Shown here in pieces: positions 19,307 to 27,943 of a stretch of DNA of 64,000 nt. The notes beneath the pieces are model-generated. The model was not told where the DNA came from. It did not search any database and saw only the letters and a program-made list of their open reading frames with translations. Position numbers and translations under genes: made by a program. The stretch covers positions 1 through 64,000 of the IMG/VR virus record IMGVR_UViG_3300042465_007929. One strand, 5' to 3'. This stretch comes from a virus. How positions within the stretch are numbered: position 1 is the first letter of the stretch; each line of letters starts with the position of its first letter.

Positions 19307-19382
19307 ATTTTTAGTGTAATAACATATGATTCCGTGCGGTGCGGTTTTCAATCTTATCTTTTTGTATTTATTAGTCATAAAG

Positions 19383-19415
19383 AAAAAGCCTACCTTGAAA
19401 AAGGTAGGCTTTTTT
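19383..19415. terminator. Bidirectional intrinsic terminator
   Basis: aaaaagcctacctt-gaaa-aaggtaggcttttt between convergent units. Confidence 0.85.
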
Positions 19416-19422
19416 AATAAGA

Positions 19423-19497
19423 TGGAGCATCTTGTCCGATTCGAACGGACGACCTGCTCATTACAAATGAGCTGCACTACCACTGTGCTAAAGATGC
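19423..19497 (-). tRNA. tRNA-Thr(UGU)
   Basis: Canonical cloverleaf, UU-UGU-AA, CCA. Confidence 0.92.
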
Positions 19498-19505
19498 ATA
19501 AAAAT

Positions 19506-19580
19506 TGGCTCCAAAGGTAGGGATCGAACCTACGACCTAGAAATTAACAGTTTCTCGCACTTCCGCTGTGCTACTTTGGA
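19506..19580 (-). tRNA. tRNA-Asn(GUU)
   Basis: Canonical cloverleaf, CU-GUU-AA, G73-CCA. Confidence 0.92.
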
Positions 19581-19587
19581 TTTTTAT

Positions 19588-19821
19588 TTATAAAATTTCT
19601 GGATTATTGGAATTTCTTTTATTTCTTTGGATAGCTTTTCCAAGCTTTATAATCTCATTAATCACTTCTGGTGAAAAAGAATCTAAGCTGTTCTTTTGTC
19701 TTCTTTGAATGGCTTTTTCAGCTCTGCATTGCTTGCATCTATAATTTCCATTTCGTCCTAAAACAAAATCTTGCTCTCCGTGTTTTTCGCAAATCTGTTT
19801 AATAATTTTTGGTTGTTCCAT
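19588..19821 (-). pseudogene. Probable internally deleted HNH-type endonuclease remnant
   Basis: CEKHG...YRCKQCR Zn motif with no nuclease core; GTGTAT 8 nt upstream. Confidence 0.4.
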
Positions 19822-19880
19822 ACTATTATATACACACCAACTAAATTAATTAATTTTATTAAAAACAAAAAAAAAGCTAA

Positions 19881-20011
19881 TCTATCGCTGAAGAAGTCCT
19901 CCATATCCACAGAGGTTAATGATCCTTCTTCACTTTTCTACAAATACTAACTCGCTGGAAATTTCCTGTCTGTTTTTTCTGAATACTTCGGGCGATCAAA
20001 CGCACGATAGA
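19881..20011 (-). ncRNA. Stem-closed structured RNA module A
   Basis: Terminal UCUAUCG/CGAUAGA; internal UGAAGAAG/CUUCUUCA and CCUC/GAGG. Confidence 0.55.
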
Positions 20012-20014
20012 AAT

Positions 20015-20128
20015 TGGATTTGCGGCTCAGGTCGCTATCACTCACAATGATTGACATTAAAGTCAGCTATATAAGATTGCTCCTTGTGAAAACGTCTTGG
20101 TTCACGATGACCCCTCAATGACCGCAAA
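20015..20128 (-). ncRNA. Stem-closed RNA module B with an acceptor-like stem and CCA
   Basis: UUUGCGG/CCGCAAA-U-CCA; internal GGUC/GACC, UCACAA/UUGUGA, UGAC/GUCA. Confidence 0.6.
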
Positions 20129-20132
20129 AGTA

Positions 20133-20288
20133 TTTATCTGTCAGACCTTTTACTAAAATATGCCCCTCGCGCATATATGACATCTTCGCTGGTTCACGGA
20201 TGGGCCACTTTGTAGCGATTCACATCGCCTCAGACGGATTCCCAGCATAGGTCTTCATAGCCGTATGTAGATATTCTCGACAGATAAA
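20133..20288 (-). ncRNA. Stem-closed structured RNA module C
   Basis: 10-bp terminal stem UUUAUCUGUC/GACAGAUAAA; internal GCUGG/CCAGC, GCGAU/AUCGC, AUAUGC/GCAUAU. Confidence 0.6.
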
Positions 20289-20293
20289 AAATG

Positions 20294-20402
20294 TAGAAGA
20301 AACTGGATTCGAACCAATATTGTATCATATTGCCTAAGCAATCAAGGAATCAAACCTTGTCGAACAACTGCCGTTGTTGCATTTCCATTATGCTATTCTT
20401 CT
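20294..20402 (-). ncRNA. Anticodon-less tRNA mimic with two T-arm-like hairpins
   Basis: AGAAGAA/UUCUUCU acceptor, GCAU-AAUGGAA-AUGC D-arm, ACAAC-GGCA-GUUGU, extra CAAGG-UUUGAUU-CCUUG, T-arm AUUGG-UUCGAAU-CCAGU. Confidence 0.75.
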
Positions 20403-20406
20403 GAAA

Positions 20407-21098
20407 GTTGTGCAGTACTCTCCTGCTGTCACACCCATAATCCATAGTTGCGACCTATAAGATCTAGCTGATGTTTCTAAAATTTAGAATGACTGAGATG
20501 TCTAATCTAGGACTCTCAAATAGCGGTCTTCATTAAAGATATGCCCTCAGCCATTCAGTTGTCCATAGGGTGTGCATCCCATCGCCTCAAGCAGGACTGG
20601 CTCTACCTAGTACTATAACCATTACCATAGGTGGTTTCTTTACGGTATATTCCTATTCGCCAAGGAAGTAAAGAACGGTTAGACGAAAGTAGACCAATTG
20701 CCCGCCTAAGCAGGCAATTGGAATGTTGTCCATGGCATCATTCGATGCTTACGTTCACGCAGGACTGGCACTAGCTAATGGTTAGCCCACATTAGTCAGG
20801 GTCCATAGAGTATTCACTCTTCGATTCAAGCAGGACTGGCATTATCTATGGATATCCTCATAGCAGGAGAAGGAAGCCCATAACCTTCGTAAGGCTTTTT
20901 GGTATCTACAATGTATGGTTATTGACCCACACGGAATTTCAAGCCTGTAAGCATAACTTAATATGCTCCTAACTCACCGATTTCCATTGTAAAAATAATC
21001 TCTACCGTTAAACCGACTTTCACTGGTCACGAATTCTTCGCAAATTAAATTTGCTTCACTGGTAGAGTCGCCAACGCATCGTAATCGAATACATTAGC
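20407..21098 (-). ncRNA. Large (~690 nt) multi-domain structured RNA with a triplicated motif
   Basis: No ORF of 60 aa or more in any frame, raised GC, many independent stems, GCCAGUCCUGC...AUGGAC three times. Confidence 0.7.
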
Positions 21099-21103
21099 AA
21101 AAT

Positions 21104-21178
21104 TGGCGAGCAGGCGGGAATCTAACCCGCGATCTTTAGCCTATGGGTCTAACGCTTTATACACTAAGCTACTGCTCC
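21104..21178 (-). tRNA. Degenerate tRNA-like element (CAU), pseudo-tRNA or mimic
   Basis: 6-bp acceptor + G-CCA, D-loop without GG, loop CCCAUAG, T-loop UUAGAUU. Confidence 0.6.
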
Positions 21179-21188
21179 TAAAAATTGA

Positions 21189-21260
21189 TTGCGGGTAGTA
21201 GATTCGAACTACTGTGAAATGCTTATGAGACACCTATCTGAACCACTCGATTAACCCGCG
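21189..21260 (-). tRNA. tRNA-fMet-like (CAU)
   Basis: CGCGGGU/ACCCGCA with a C1.A72 mismatch and CU-CAU-AA; lacks the three G-C pairs in the anticodon stem. Confidence 0.8.
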
Positions 21261-21268
21261 ATTAAATA

Positions 21269-21375
21269 CTTTTTAATAGTAAGTCTTTGTCGTTTTCAAA
21301 TCCCTACCTGAATACACAGTTTAAGATTTTCCTACTTACAGAACGGAGCGTGAAGCTCCTTTTCCTATTAAAAAG
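21269..21375 (-). ncRNA. Stem-closed structured RNA module D
   Basis: 11-bp terminal stem CUUUUUAAUAG/CUAUUAAAAAG; GGAGC-UUCAC-GCUCC hairpin. Confidence 0.55.
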
Positions 21376-21406
21376 CAAAACTAATAATAAAAATAATAAT
21401 ATGAAA

Positions 21407-21468
21407 GAGCAAATTTTCCTCCAACCGATGATTTGAGGCAATCTTTTGAACCTGACTTAGCCCTGCTC
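21407..21468 (-). ncRNA. Stem-closed RNA module E at the operon 5' end
   Basis: GAGCAGG/UUUGCUC stem with CCUC/GAGG inside. Confidence 0.4.
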
Positions 21469-21482
21469 AATTGATATAATTA

Positions 21483-21511
21483 GTTATAGACGATTTTGGG
21501 GTTTTTGTCAA
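21483..21511 (-). promoter_or_regulatory. sigma70-like promoter of the tRNA/ncRNA operon
   Basis: TTGACA-N17-TATAAC. Confidence 0.75.
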
Positions 21512-21518
21512 CAGTTTT

Positions 21519-22082
21519 TTACAAAAACTTTTCCCACTCTTTTCTGATACTTGGAACATGAAGGAAAACGCTAGGAATACTAGGCGCTTTCACGATTTCA
21601 TTTTTTACATTATAGTAAGGAGTATGACTAGCCTTTTTTTGATTACATTGAAGACAGGCAAGAGTCCTATTATCATGTTCATCTGTGCCGCCTTTACTTT
21701 TTGGCTTGATATGATCAATAGTAAGATCTGCAACACTAAACTTCTCTAAGCAATATTGGCAAGTAGAATTATAAATTTTAGCTAATTCAACTAGAGAAAA
21801 CCTTTTCTTCTTTGGTCTTTTGAAAAATCTGCTAGTAACAACAATTACTGTTGGAATTGGCCATGATTTCTTTGCACTGCGAAGAACTGGTTGATCTCCA
21901 TAGAATTCAGCATTAGTATTCCACTTATCTACAGAATCAAATAAATTATAATTCTTATCTAGCGCCGAAATATTACCACTTAATAGATGCGCGAAAGCTG
22001 CTTTTGCTGTGATAGCAGTAACAGGTTGCCACGCATTATTAAGAAGAAGAGTTGTTTTAGTGTTGCAGTCTACGATATTCAT
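21519..22082 (-). CDS. HNH endonuclease (McrA-like)
   Basis: CQYC...TIDHIKPKSKGG...N...C..CN..K. Confidence 0.9.
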   Translation of the reverse strand: MNIVDCNTKTTLLLNNAWQPVTAITAKAAFAHLLSGNISALDKNYNLFDSVDKWNTNAEFYGDQPVLRSAKKSWPIPTVIVVTSRFFKRPKKKRFSLVELAKIYNSTCQYCLEKFSVADLTIDHIKPKSKGGTDEHDNRTLACLQCNQKKASHTPYYNVKNEIVKAPSIPSVFLHVPSIRKEWEKFL

Positions 22083-22705
22083 TGTCTAGCGTTTTCCCAA
22101 GCTTTGAGCGTATGCTCAAATGGATTACCCTCGATATTTGATACCAAGTCAAGCATTTCTGCGGCAATTTCTCTGATTTCTTTTTGAGCGTGTTCTGAAT
22201 TCCTAAGCTTCAAGAAATTAGCAAAACTCCTCATATTAAAAGAAACATCAGCTTGAATTTGCGAATTATACATTTTAAAAAACCTCGCTGATTCTTTTGC
22301 TCTCTTGCGACCAAGAGTTGGCTCAAGCTCTTTCAAACAACTATGGTAAAGATAATTAGTTACTCTGGAATGTTCTTCTAATTTATTCTTCCATTCTTCT
22401 GGCCAATCATCAGGAATAAAAGACTTATCTTCTTTTAATTCTTTGTATCGAGCCGATTCTGCATTCATAGAAGAAATCCTATGTTTGAGAAGATGAATAT
22501 GAGAAGCGATTTCGGTATCGACCAAGAAATGAACCATACCTTTTTCAAATGGTGTTTCATGGCCATCGCGCCAAAGCATATTAATTAACTTAGGAATACG
22601 AGACTTCTTATCTTCATCAAGATCGCGTGATGTTGATGTCCAAGCAGAGCAAGCGATAATTTCATCGCTACCATAAAATCCAAGCAATTGTATTTTGTTA
22701 TTCAT
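22079..22705 (-). CDS. thyX: Flavin-dependent thymidylate synthase
   Basis: GHETPFE, KHRISSMNAESARY (ThyX motif variant), LRNSEHAQKEIR. Confidence 0.92.
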   Translation of the reverse strand: MNNKIQLLGFYGSDEIIACSAWTSTSRDLDEDKKSRIPKLINMLWRDGHETPFEKGMVHFLVDTEIASHIHLLKHRISSMNAESARYKELKEDKSFIPDDWPEEWKNKLEEHSRVTNYLYHSCLKELEPTLGRKRAKESARFFKMYNSQIQADVSFNMRSFANFLKLRNSEHAQKEIREIAAEMLDLVSNIEGNPFEHTLKAWENARQ

Positions 22706-22716
22706 TATTATTTAAT

Positions 22717-23568
22717 TTATAAATCTTCTTTTCTATTTAAGAAATATTTTTTCATATGATATTTTACAGGATATCTTACAAATTTATTCCATTGAAATAT
22801 TCCTTGATGATCCTTTTCAACATCATTGCACAAATCCATACCTCTTGTCAAGGTACTTCTTGACATATGTTGTCTATTTTCTCTAGAACCATGATATTCA
22901 TGGCAAATAACTCCAGACAAATGTCCAATTTTAGATCCTGTTAGTCTTGCACTCCATTGTTTAAATAATTCCAAATTAGATCCTACATTAAAATCTCTTT
23001 GGCTAGATGGAAATCCTAAAAATGCTTTAGCCATGCTTAAATCTCCACCACCAGCTATACATCTATCGTATAAACCATCTATATTTTTCCATAAATATCT
23101 TTTCATTGCCCAAGCATGACCTGAGCATCCTGATTTAATATTTTTTACTATAGAATCAGATTCATCAATTGATTTTCCATATACATCTAATCTATATACT
23201 TTTTCATATAGATGAAGAATATCATATTTTTGTAATTTTTGTATAGTATCATCAATCCAATTTCTATTAAAGAAAATAATATCAGCATCAATCCACGCAA
23301 TATTTTCATAATAACGAGGCACTAATTTTTCAGCCAAATTTAATAAGGCTTCTTTTTGCCACATTATATTAGATTCTGGATCTATTTCTATCTGCTTCCA
23401 ATTCGGAAGATTTTTTGTTTCTGATTTTTGATAAGGGAGTATTAATTCTATTCCATAGACAGGAATCCTATGATCTTCCATTCTTCCCAAAAAAGAATGT
23501 AAATTTTTTATAGGAAGTTGAAAATTATTAAAATTATAATGACAAGTAATACACGCTAAATTGCTCAT
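22717..23568 (-). CDS. Glycosyltransferase-like protein (GT-A fold)
   Basis: WQKEALLN, WIDAD (DxD), GGGD, HEYHG. Confidence 0.65.
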   Translation of the reverse strand: MSNLACITCHYNFNNFQLPIKNLHSFLGRMEDHRIPVYGIELILPYQKSETKNLPNWKQIEIDPESNIMWQKEALLNLAEKLVPRYYENIAWIDADIIFFNRNWIDDTIQKLQKYDILHLYEKVYRLDVYGKSIDESDSIVKNIKSGCSGHAWAMKRYLWKNIDGLYDRCIAGGGDLSMAKAFLGFPSSQRDFNVGSNLELFKQWSARLTGSKIGHLSGVICHEYHGSRENRQHMSRSTLTRGMDLCNDVEKDHQGIFQWNKFVRYPVKYHMKKYFLNRKEDL

Positions 23569-23572
23569 TTAT

Positions 23573-23953
23573 TTACTCCTTCACAAACAAACCGTTAATC
23601 ATTTTACCTTTGCGATCTTTAATTACATCGTATGCACTTGCAAGACATTCAATAAAATCGACATCCATTTTGTGGCAAAGCATCAAAAGAGTTACGCCCA
23701 TATCTCCAATTCCATCAATGATAGCTTCAATTGCGTCCTGCTTGGCCTTGTCGGTCTTTGCATCAGCGAATTGAACGAGAGCTTGCATTGTTTCATCAAG
23801 CTCTTCCTGAGTCTTGTGAAGCTGTTTAATTGGGGTAGAAAATTCAAAGATATTTCTATCTTCTCCCCATTGAACGATTTTTTGTTTTAGTTCTGGGTAT
23901 TGCATATTATCCAAGGTTAATTTCGCTAGGAGCAACTTCTGCAAGTTCATCAC
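23573..23953 (-). CDS. MazG-like NTP pyrophosphatase
   Basis: KTQEELDE...DGIGD...AYDVIKDRKGKMING. Confidence 0.85.
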   Translation of the reverse strand: MMNLQKLLLAKLTLDNMQYPELKQKIVQWGEDRNIFEFSTPIKQLHKTQEELDETMQALVQFADAKTDKAKQDAIEAIIDGIGDMGVTLLMLCHKMDVDFIECLASAYDVIKDRKGKMINGLFVKE

Positions 23954-24200
23954 ACAACATTTTGATTTCTCGCGGGTCCATTTCTTTAGAAATGGAACGA
24001 AGCTTACTTACTTCTGATGCGAAGTAAAGAAATTTTTCATCTTGTTTTAGGCTTTCTTTTTTTTGATTATCATAGATAGTGACATCGAAGATTTCAAAAC
24101 GAGTAGGATCGATACAGCGTTCGATTGGATCATAATTGCTGTTTCCAACAACATAATCGAAAATATCGTTTGCTGAGATCTTAATTTTATACGGATTCAT
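23907..24200 (-). CDS. Hypothetical protein
   Basis: 97-aa ORF downstream of a TTGACG-N17-TATTAT promoter. Confidence 0.55.
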   Translation of the reverse strand: MNPYKIKISANDIFDYVVGNSNYDPIERCIDPTRFEIFDVTIYDNQKKESLKQDEKFLYFASEVSKLRSISKEMDPREIKMLCDELAEVAPSEINLG

Positions 24201-24294
24201 TATTTGTTTTTATTTTATTTATATTAAACGTCACATTCAACGCTAGAATATAATAACAAATATTTTTGAATCCGTCAAGGCTTTTTTAAAAAAA

Positions 24295-25071
24295 TTAAGA
24301 ACAAGAAGAAATCAAACTTGCTTCATCATCTCTTCTGGTGAGAAGACCATCAAGCCCTTTACCAATCCAGAGTCTTTTCATCTTTTTAATTTCATTAGCG
24401 ATAGCTTCGTAATCTTTTGAAGGAATTAAATTGCGAATATTTAACATTTCTACTCTGCTAGCGCCAGAAACTGATCCTCCTCTGTTGAAGACAAGACTAA
24501 CTAATGCCCCAAAAGCATCTGGATGAAGGTTCTCTGAATTTGGAAATGCTCTTTTAGTTTCATTTATGAATCTTGGCAAAGTATTATTTTTAAAAACAAC
24601 TTCTGCTGACTCCCAAGGAATTTGAATATCTTTCACACTTGGAATAGCAGCTTTTGCACTTGAGCTTTTCTTACCAAGATGAAGGGCTAAACGAGCATAA
24701 GATGCTGCGTCAAGAACACTTTTCCAATCTGTCGCAAATTGTAAGGCAGTATTATAACCCATGTCATAACCAATGCCAATTGTAACTCCACTTTCTCCTC
24801 CGGGATACGAAGGATGTTTTAAACACTTATTATAATATCCAGCACCGCCGCCAACTTCGTATTCAAGAATAAGTTTATAAGCTTTATCTGATAATTGATT
24901 TTGAGAATTTCCTAATGACGGAAGAATAACTTCTGTATTTGAATTACTGATTTCTGGAATAATTTTAGCGATAATCGCCTTCCATGTATTTGGTCCATCA
25001 ATACCATCTGCATCTAAATTCAAAGCTTTTTGAACCTTGCTTACTAAGTTTTTTTTATTTGAAAATTCCAT
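24295..25071 (-). CDS. Endolysin: peptidoglycan-binding domain + lysozyme-like muramidase
   Basis: QKAL...DGIDGPNT; EYEVG, SGVTIGIGYD, ALVSLVFNRG, GLLTRRDDE. Confidence 0.88.
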   Translation of the reverse strand: MEFSNKKNLVSKVQKALNLDADGIDGPNTWKAIIAKIIPEISNSNTEVILPSLGNSQNQLSDKAYKLILEYEVGGGAGYYNKCLKHPSYPGGESGVTIGIGYDMGYNTALQFATDWKSVLDAASYARLALHLGKKSSSAKAAIPSVKDIQIPWESAEVVFKNNTLPRFINETKRAFPNSENLHPDAFGALVSLVFNRGGSVSGASRVEMLNIRNLIPSKDYEAIANEIKKMKRLWIGKGLDGLLTRRDDEASLISSCS

Positions 25072-25097
25072 ATTTTATGATAGTTATTTTACTTTTA

Positions 25098-25289
25098 TTA
25101 CACTAAATCTTCAATAGGTATTTCAAAGAAGAAACGCGCTTGTTCTTCTGAATCGAACCAATACCAACCATCGATTGGATATCCATACGAGTCTTTATCT
25201 TGGGCTAATAATACATATCCATTACCTTCTATAGTATTTGGACCATAGAGTAATTGTTCATTTTGTTTTTTATAAAATCCTGCTGTCAT
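25098..25289 (-). CDS. Small fibre-associated protein
   Basis: GFYK...YPIDGWYWFDS, directly after the long LRR gene. Confidence 0.5.
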   Translation of the reverse strand: MTAGFYKKQNEQLLYGPNTIEGNGYVLLAQDKDSYGYPIDGWYWFDSEEQARFFFEIPIEDLV

Positions 25290-25293
25290 AAAT

Positions 25294-27942
25294 TTATATT
25301 GTTACTGTCCAGCCTTTGAGTATAGCTGTGCCTGTTTTTAATTGTCTAAATGATAAGGTAGTCGCTCCTCCCGCTGACATTGGTCGAGAAACAACTATAT
25401 TTGTATTAGGAGTAATTGATACAATTTCAGTTCGGTGTCTCACTGTACCATAGCCAGTTCCGGTCAATGTCAATGCAACGCCACCTACGGAAGCTGCTAC
25501 TTGGAAAGTGCCAGAAGCTGCATTAACCACATAATATATCCTGTTTATTACAATACCTGTCGTAGTGACTATTGTAGCGAAGGATACTTCATCACCGTCG
25601 CTCAAGCCATGACTGGCAATAGTAACAACGCTTCCAGTAGTAAATGTAACTGCTCTTGCTGTAGTTAGAGGAGAATTTGTACCGAGAACCTGCATACCAA
25701 CCGCTAAACCTGTTGTACTTGCCATCGTTATTGTAGTACTATTTGCTGTTGTTGTAGCTGCTAAACTAATGTTGGTCAGCGCTCCCCAGTTGTTACTAAT
25801 TGTTAAGGTCTGACTTGCTGCGCCTATCGTACCCAAATTGGTAAAGATGGATTCTAACTCTTCTTTGGATAATTTACATCCAGAATAAGAAATCGTAAAT
25901 CTAGTTCCGCTCAATGCTCCACGAGTAAGTGAAGTACAACCCTGAAATGTATTAGTAAAATTGGCAGTTATAACTGATGATGAAACGAGTGGTGGAGCCG
26001 TAACCAAAGAAGTACAATTAAGAAACAAATTATTCATAGTTGCAACTAAAGATGTGTTAAGCTGTGGTACAGAGACAAGCTGACTACAAACCTGAAATGC
26101 ACTACTTATATCGGTAAGTAAAGAAGTATTGAATGATGGTATGGCAGTAAGTGAATAGCAAGTACTGAACATATTAGCCATAGTTGTAACTTTTGATGTA
26201 TCGAATAATGGTACGGTTTGAAGCGAATAACAATTCGTAAACATACCAGACATGTTCGTAACTTTAGCAGTATCAAATAGTGGCACACTAACTAGATTGT
26301 AACAACCGCTAAACATAGCGGCCATTAACGTAACATTTGATGTATTAAAAAAGGGTACAGAGACAAGATCGTTACAATTCTGAAACAAAGAAGTCATATT
26401 CGTAACGCTAGACGTATTAAATAGCGGAACACTGATAAGTGAATAGCAGAAGAAAAACATCTGCTGCATATTCGTAACTGCTGTTGTATTAAACAACGGC
26501 ACAGAGATGAGTGAAACACAACCATTAAACATAGCACCCATATTTAAAACTGATACTGTATTAAACAGCGGTACTGTAGTTAGTGAGGTGCATCCCTGAA
26601 ACATATAACTTATATCTGTTACTAACGATGTATTGAACAATGGTACAGATGCAAGTGTATTACAAGCATTAAACATCTGATTCATATTCGTAACCTTTGA
26701 GGTATCAAATAGCGGCACAGCAATAAGTGAACGACAGGTGTTAAAAAAGCTGTTCATTGCTGTAACTTTTGATGTATCGAACAACGGTACTATAGTTAGT
26801 GAGGTGCATGACTGAAACATACTACTCATAGTCGTAACCAATCCAGTATTAAACAGCGGTACAGAGATAAGCGAAGAACAACCAAAAAACATATTGTTCA
26901 TAGTCGTAACTTTCGACGTATCAAACAATGGTACACTACTTAATGAAACGCAACCATAAAACATAGTGGCGGTATTTGTCAGTGCTGGAGTATTGAATGC
27001 TGGAATAGCGACAAGTGAAGTACAGTTTTGAAATGCAGTATCCATGCTCGTAACTTTTGACGTATCAAATGGAGGTATACTGGTAAGTGCATGGCAACCA
27101 TTAAACGCATTAGCAATCGTTGTAACTGATGATGTGTTAAAAAATGGCACAGAGACAAGCGAATGGCAATTATTGAACATAGAACCCATGTTCGTAACTG
27201 ATGCTGTGTTAAATAGCGGCACTGAAATAAGTGACCGACAATTTAAAAACATACTGCTTGTATTGGTAATCGTAGCCGTAGTATAAAAATTTGATATCTG
27301 TTTTAGCGCAGCTAAATGCATAAATGCATTAGCAAAACTAGTAATTAGCCCCATATTGATTCCTGAAAAATGAATGAGACCTCTACAGTAAACTGATGGG
27401 GCATTAGTGCCGCCTAAAATTAAACTCGTTAAATTTGGACAAGAAAGTATTATTTCTAATATTGGCGATGAAGCAGGAAACGTCGAACCAGTAATCGCAT
27501 AGGGTTGGTTGAAGTTGACACTTGTTAAGTTCTGCCCAGCTTGTGGAGTAATCGTAACGATAGCCATCTTATAGCCATCGCCCGTAACTGTGGCATTTAA
27601 ATCGGAATCGGTATAATCGTATTCGTGTTGTGCTTTAACACCAGTAGCGACGTTTTCAGTATTACCGTCACCCCAATCAACCGTATATGCTCCCGCTATT
27701 GTAAAAGCCAAAAAATTAGATCCTTGCGGAAACACGGGCATCAACAGGGCTATCTTTTGCTCCGATGATGTTATGGTTGGCATAGTTAGCCAATCAGCAG
27801 GACGAGTCCATGCATTAGTACTAGTAGGGTTATCGGGGCGAGGCGGTTGTTTTATAACTGATCGATCAAATCTATTCTTTTTAAAAAAAGAAGATTTGCG
27901 AGAAGCCAATGGTGAAACTTTTTGTCCGTATCGAATACTCAT
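25294..27942 (-). CDS. DUF285/BspA-like LRR protein, probable fibre or receptor-binding protein
   Basis: About 20 tandem 22-aa repeats VPLFNTSxVTxMxxMFxxCxSL; VDWGDG (PKD-like) N-terminal part; Thr-rich beta C-terminus. Confidence 0.85.
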   Translation of the reverse strand: MSIRYGQKVSPLASRKSSFFKKNRFDRSVIKQPPRPDNPTSTNAWTRPADWLTMPTITSSEQKIALLMPVFPQGSNFLAFTIAGAYTVDWGDGNTENVATGVKAQHEYDYTDSDLNATVTGDGYKMAIVTITPQAGQNLTSVNFNQPYAITGSTFPASSPILEIILSCPNLTSLILGGTNAPSVYCRGLIHFSGINMGLITSFANAFMHLAALKQISNFYTTATITNTSSMFLNCRSLISVPLFNTASVTNMGSMFNNCHSLVSVPFFNTSSVTTIANAFNGCHALTSIPPFDTSKVTSMDTAFQNCTSLVAIPAFNTPALTNTATMFYGCVSLSSVPLFDTSKVTTMNNMFFGCSSLISVPLFNTGLVTTMSSMFQSCTSLTIVPLFDTSKVTAMNSFFNTCRSLIAVPLFDTSKVTNMNQMFNACNTLASVPLFNTSLVTDISYMFQGCTSLTTVPLFNTVSVLNMGAMFNGCVSLISVPLFNTTAVTNMQQMFFFCYSLISVPLFNTSSVTNMTSLFQNCNDLVSVPFFNTSNVTLMAAMFSGCYNLVSVPLFDTAKVTNMSGMFTNCYSLQTVPLFDTSKVTTMANMFSTCYSLTAIPSFNTSLLTDISSAFQVCSQLVSVPQLNTSLVATMNNLFLNCTSLVTAPPLVSSSVITANFTNTFQGCTSLTRGALSGTRFTISYSGCKLSKEELESIFTNLGTIGAASQTLTISNNWGALTNISLAATTTANSTTITMASTTGLAVGMQVLGTNSPLTTARAVTFTTGSVVTIASHGLSDGDEVSFATIVTTTGIVINRIYYVVNAASGTFQVAASVGGVALTLTGTGYGTVRHRTEIVSITPNTNIVVSRPMSAGGATTLSFRQLKTGTAILKGWTVTI

Positions 27943-27943
27943 A

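Noticed and set aside
20561-20840. CRISPR mini-array reading of the GCAGGACTGGC repeats
   Set aside because: Spacing is irregular (about 167 and 73 nt between unit starts), the conserved parts flank a variable hairpin, and no cas genes are present
20561-20840. Hammerhead or twister ribozyme
   Set aside because: No CUGANGA/GAAA core; GCCAGUCC resembles twister but the following YAAG is absent. Not excluded without a covariance search
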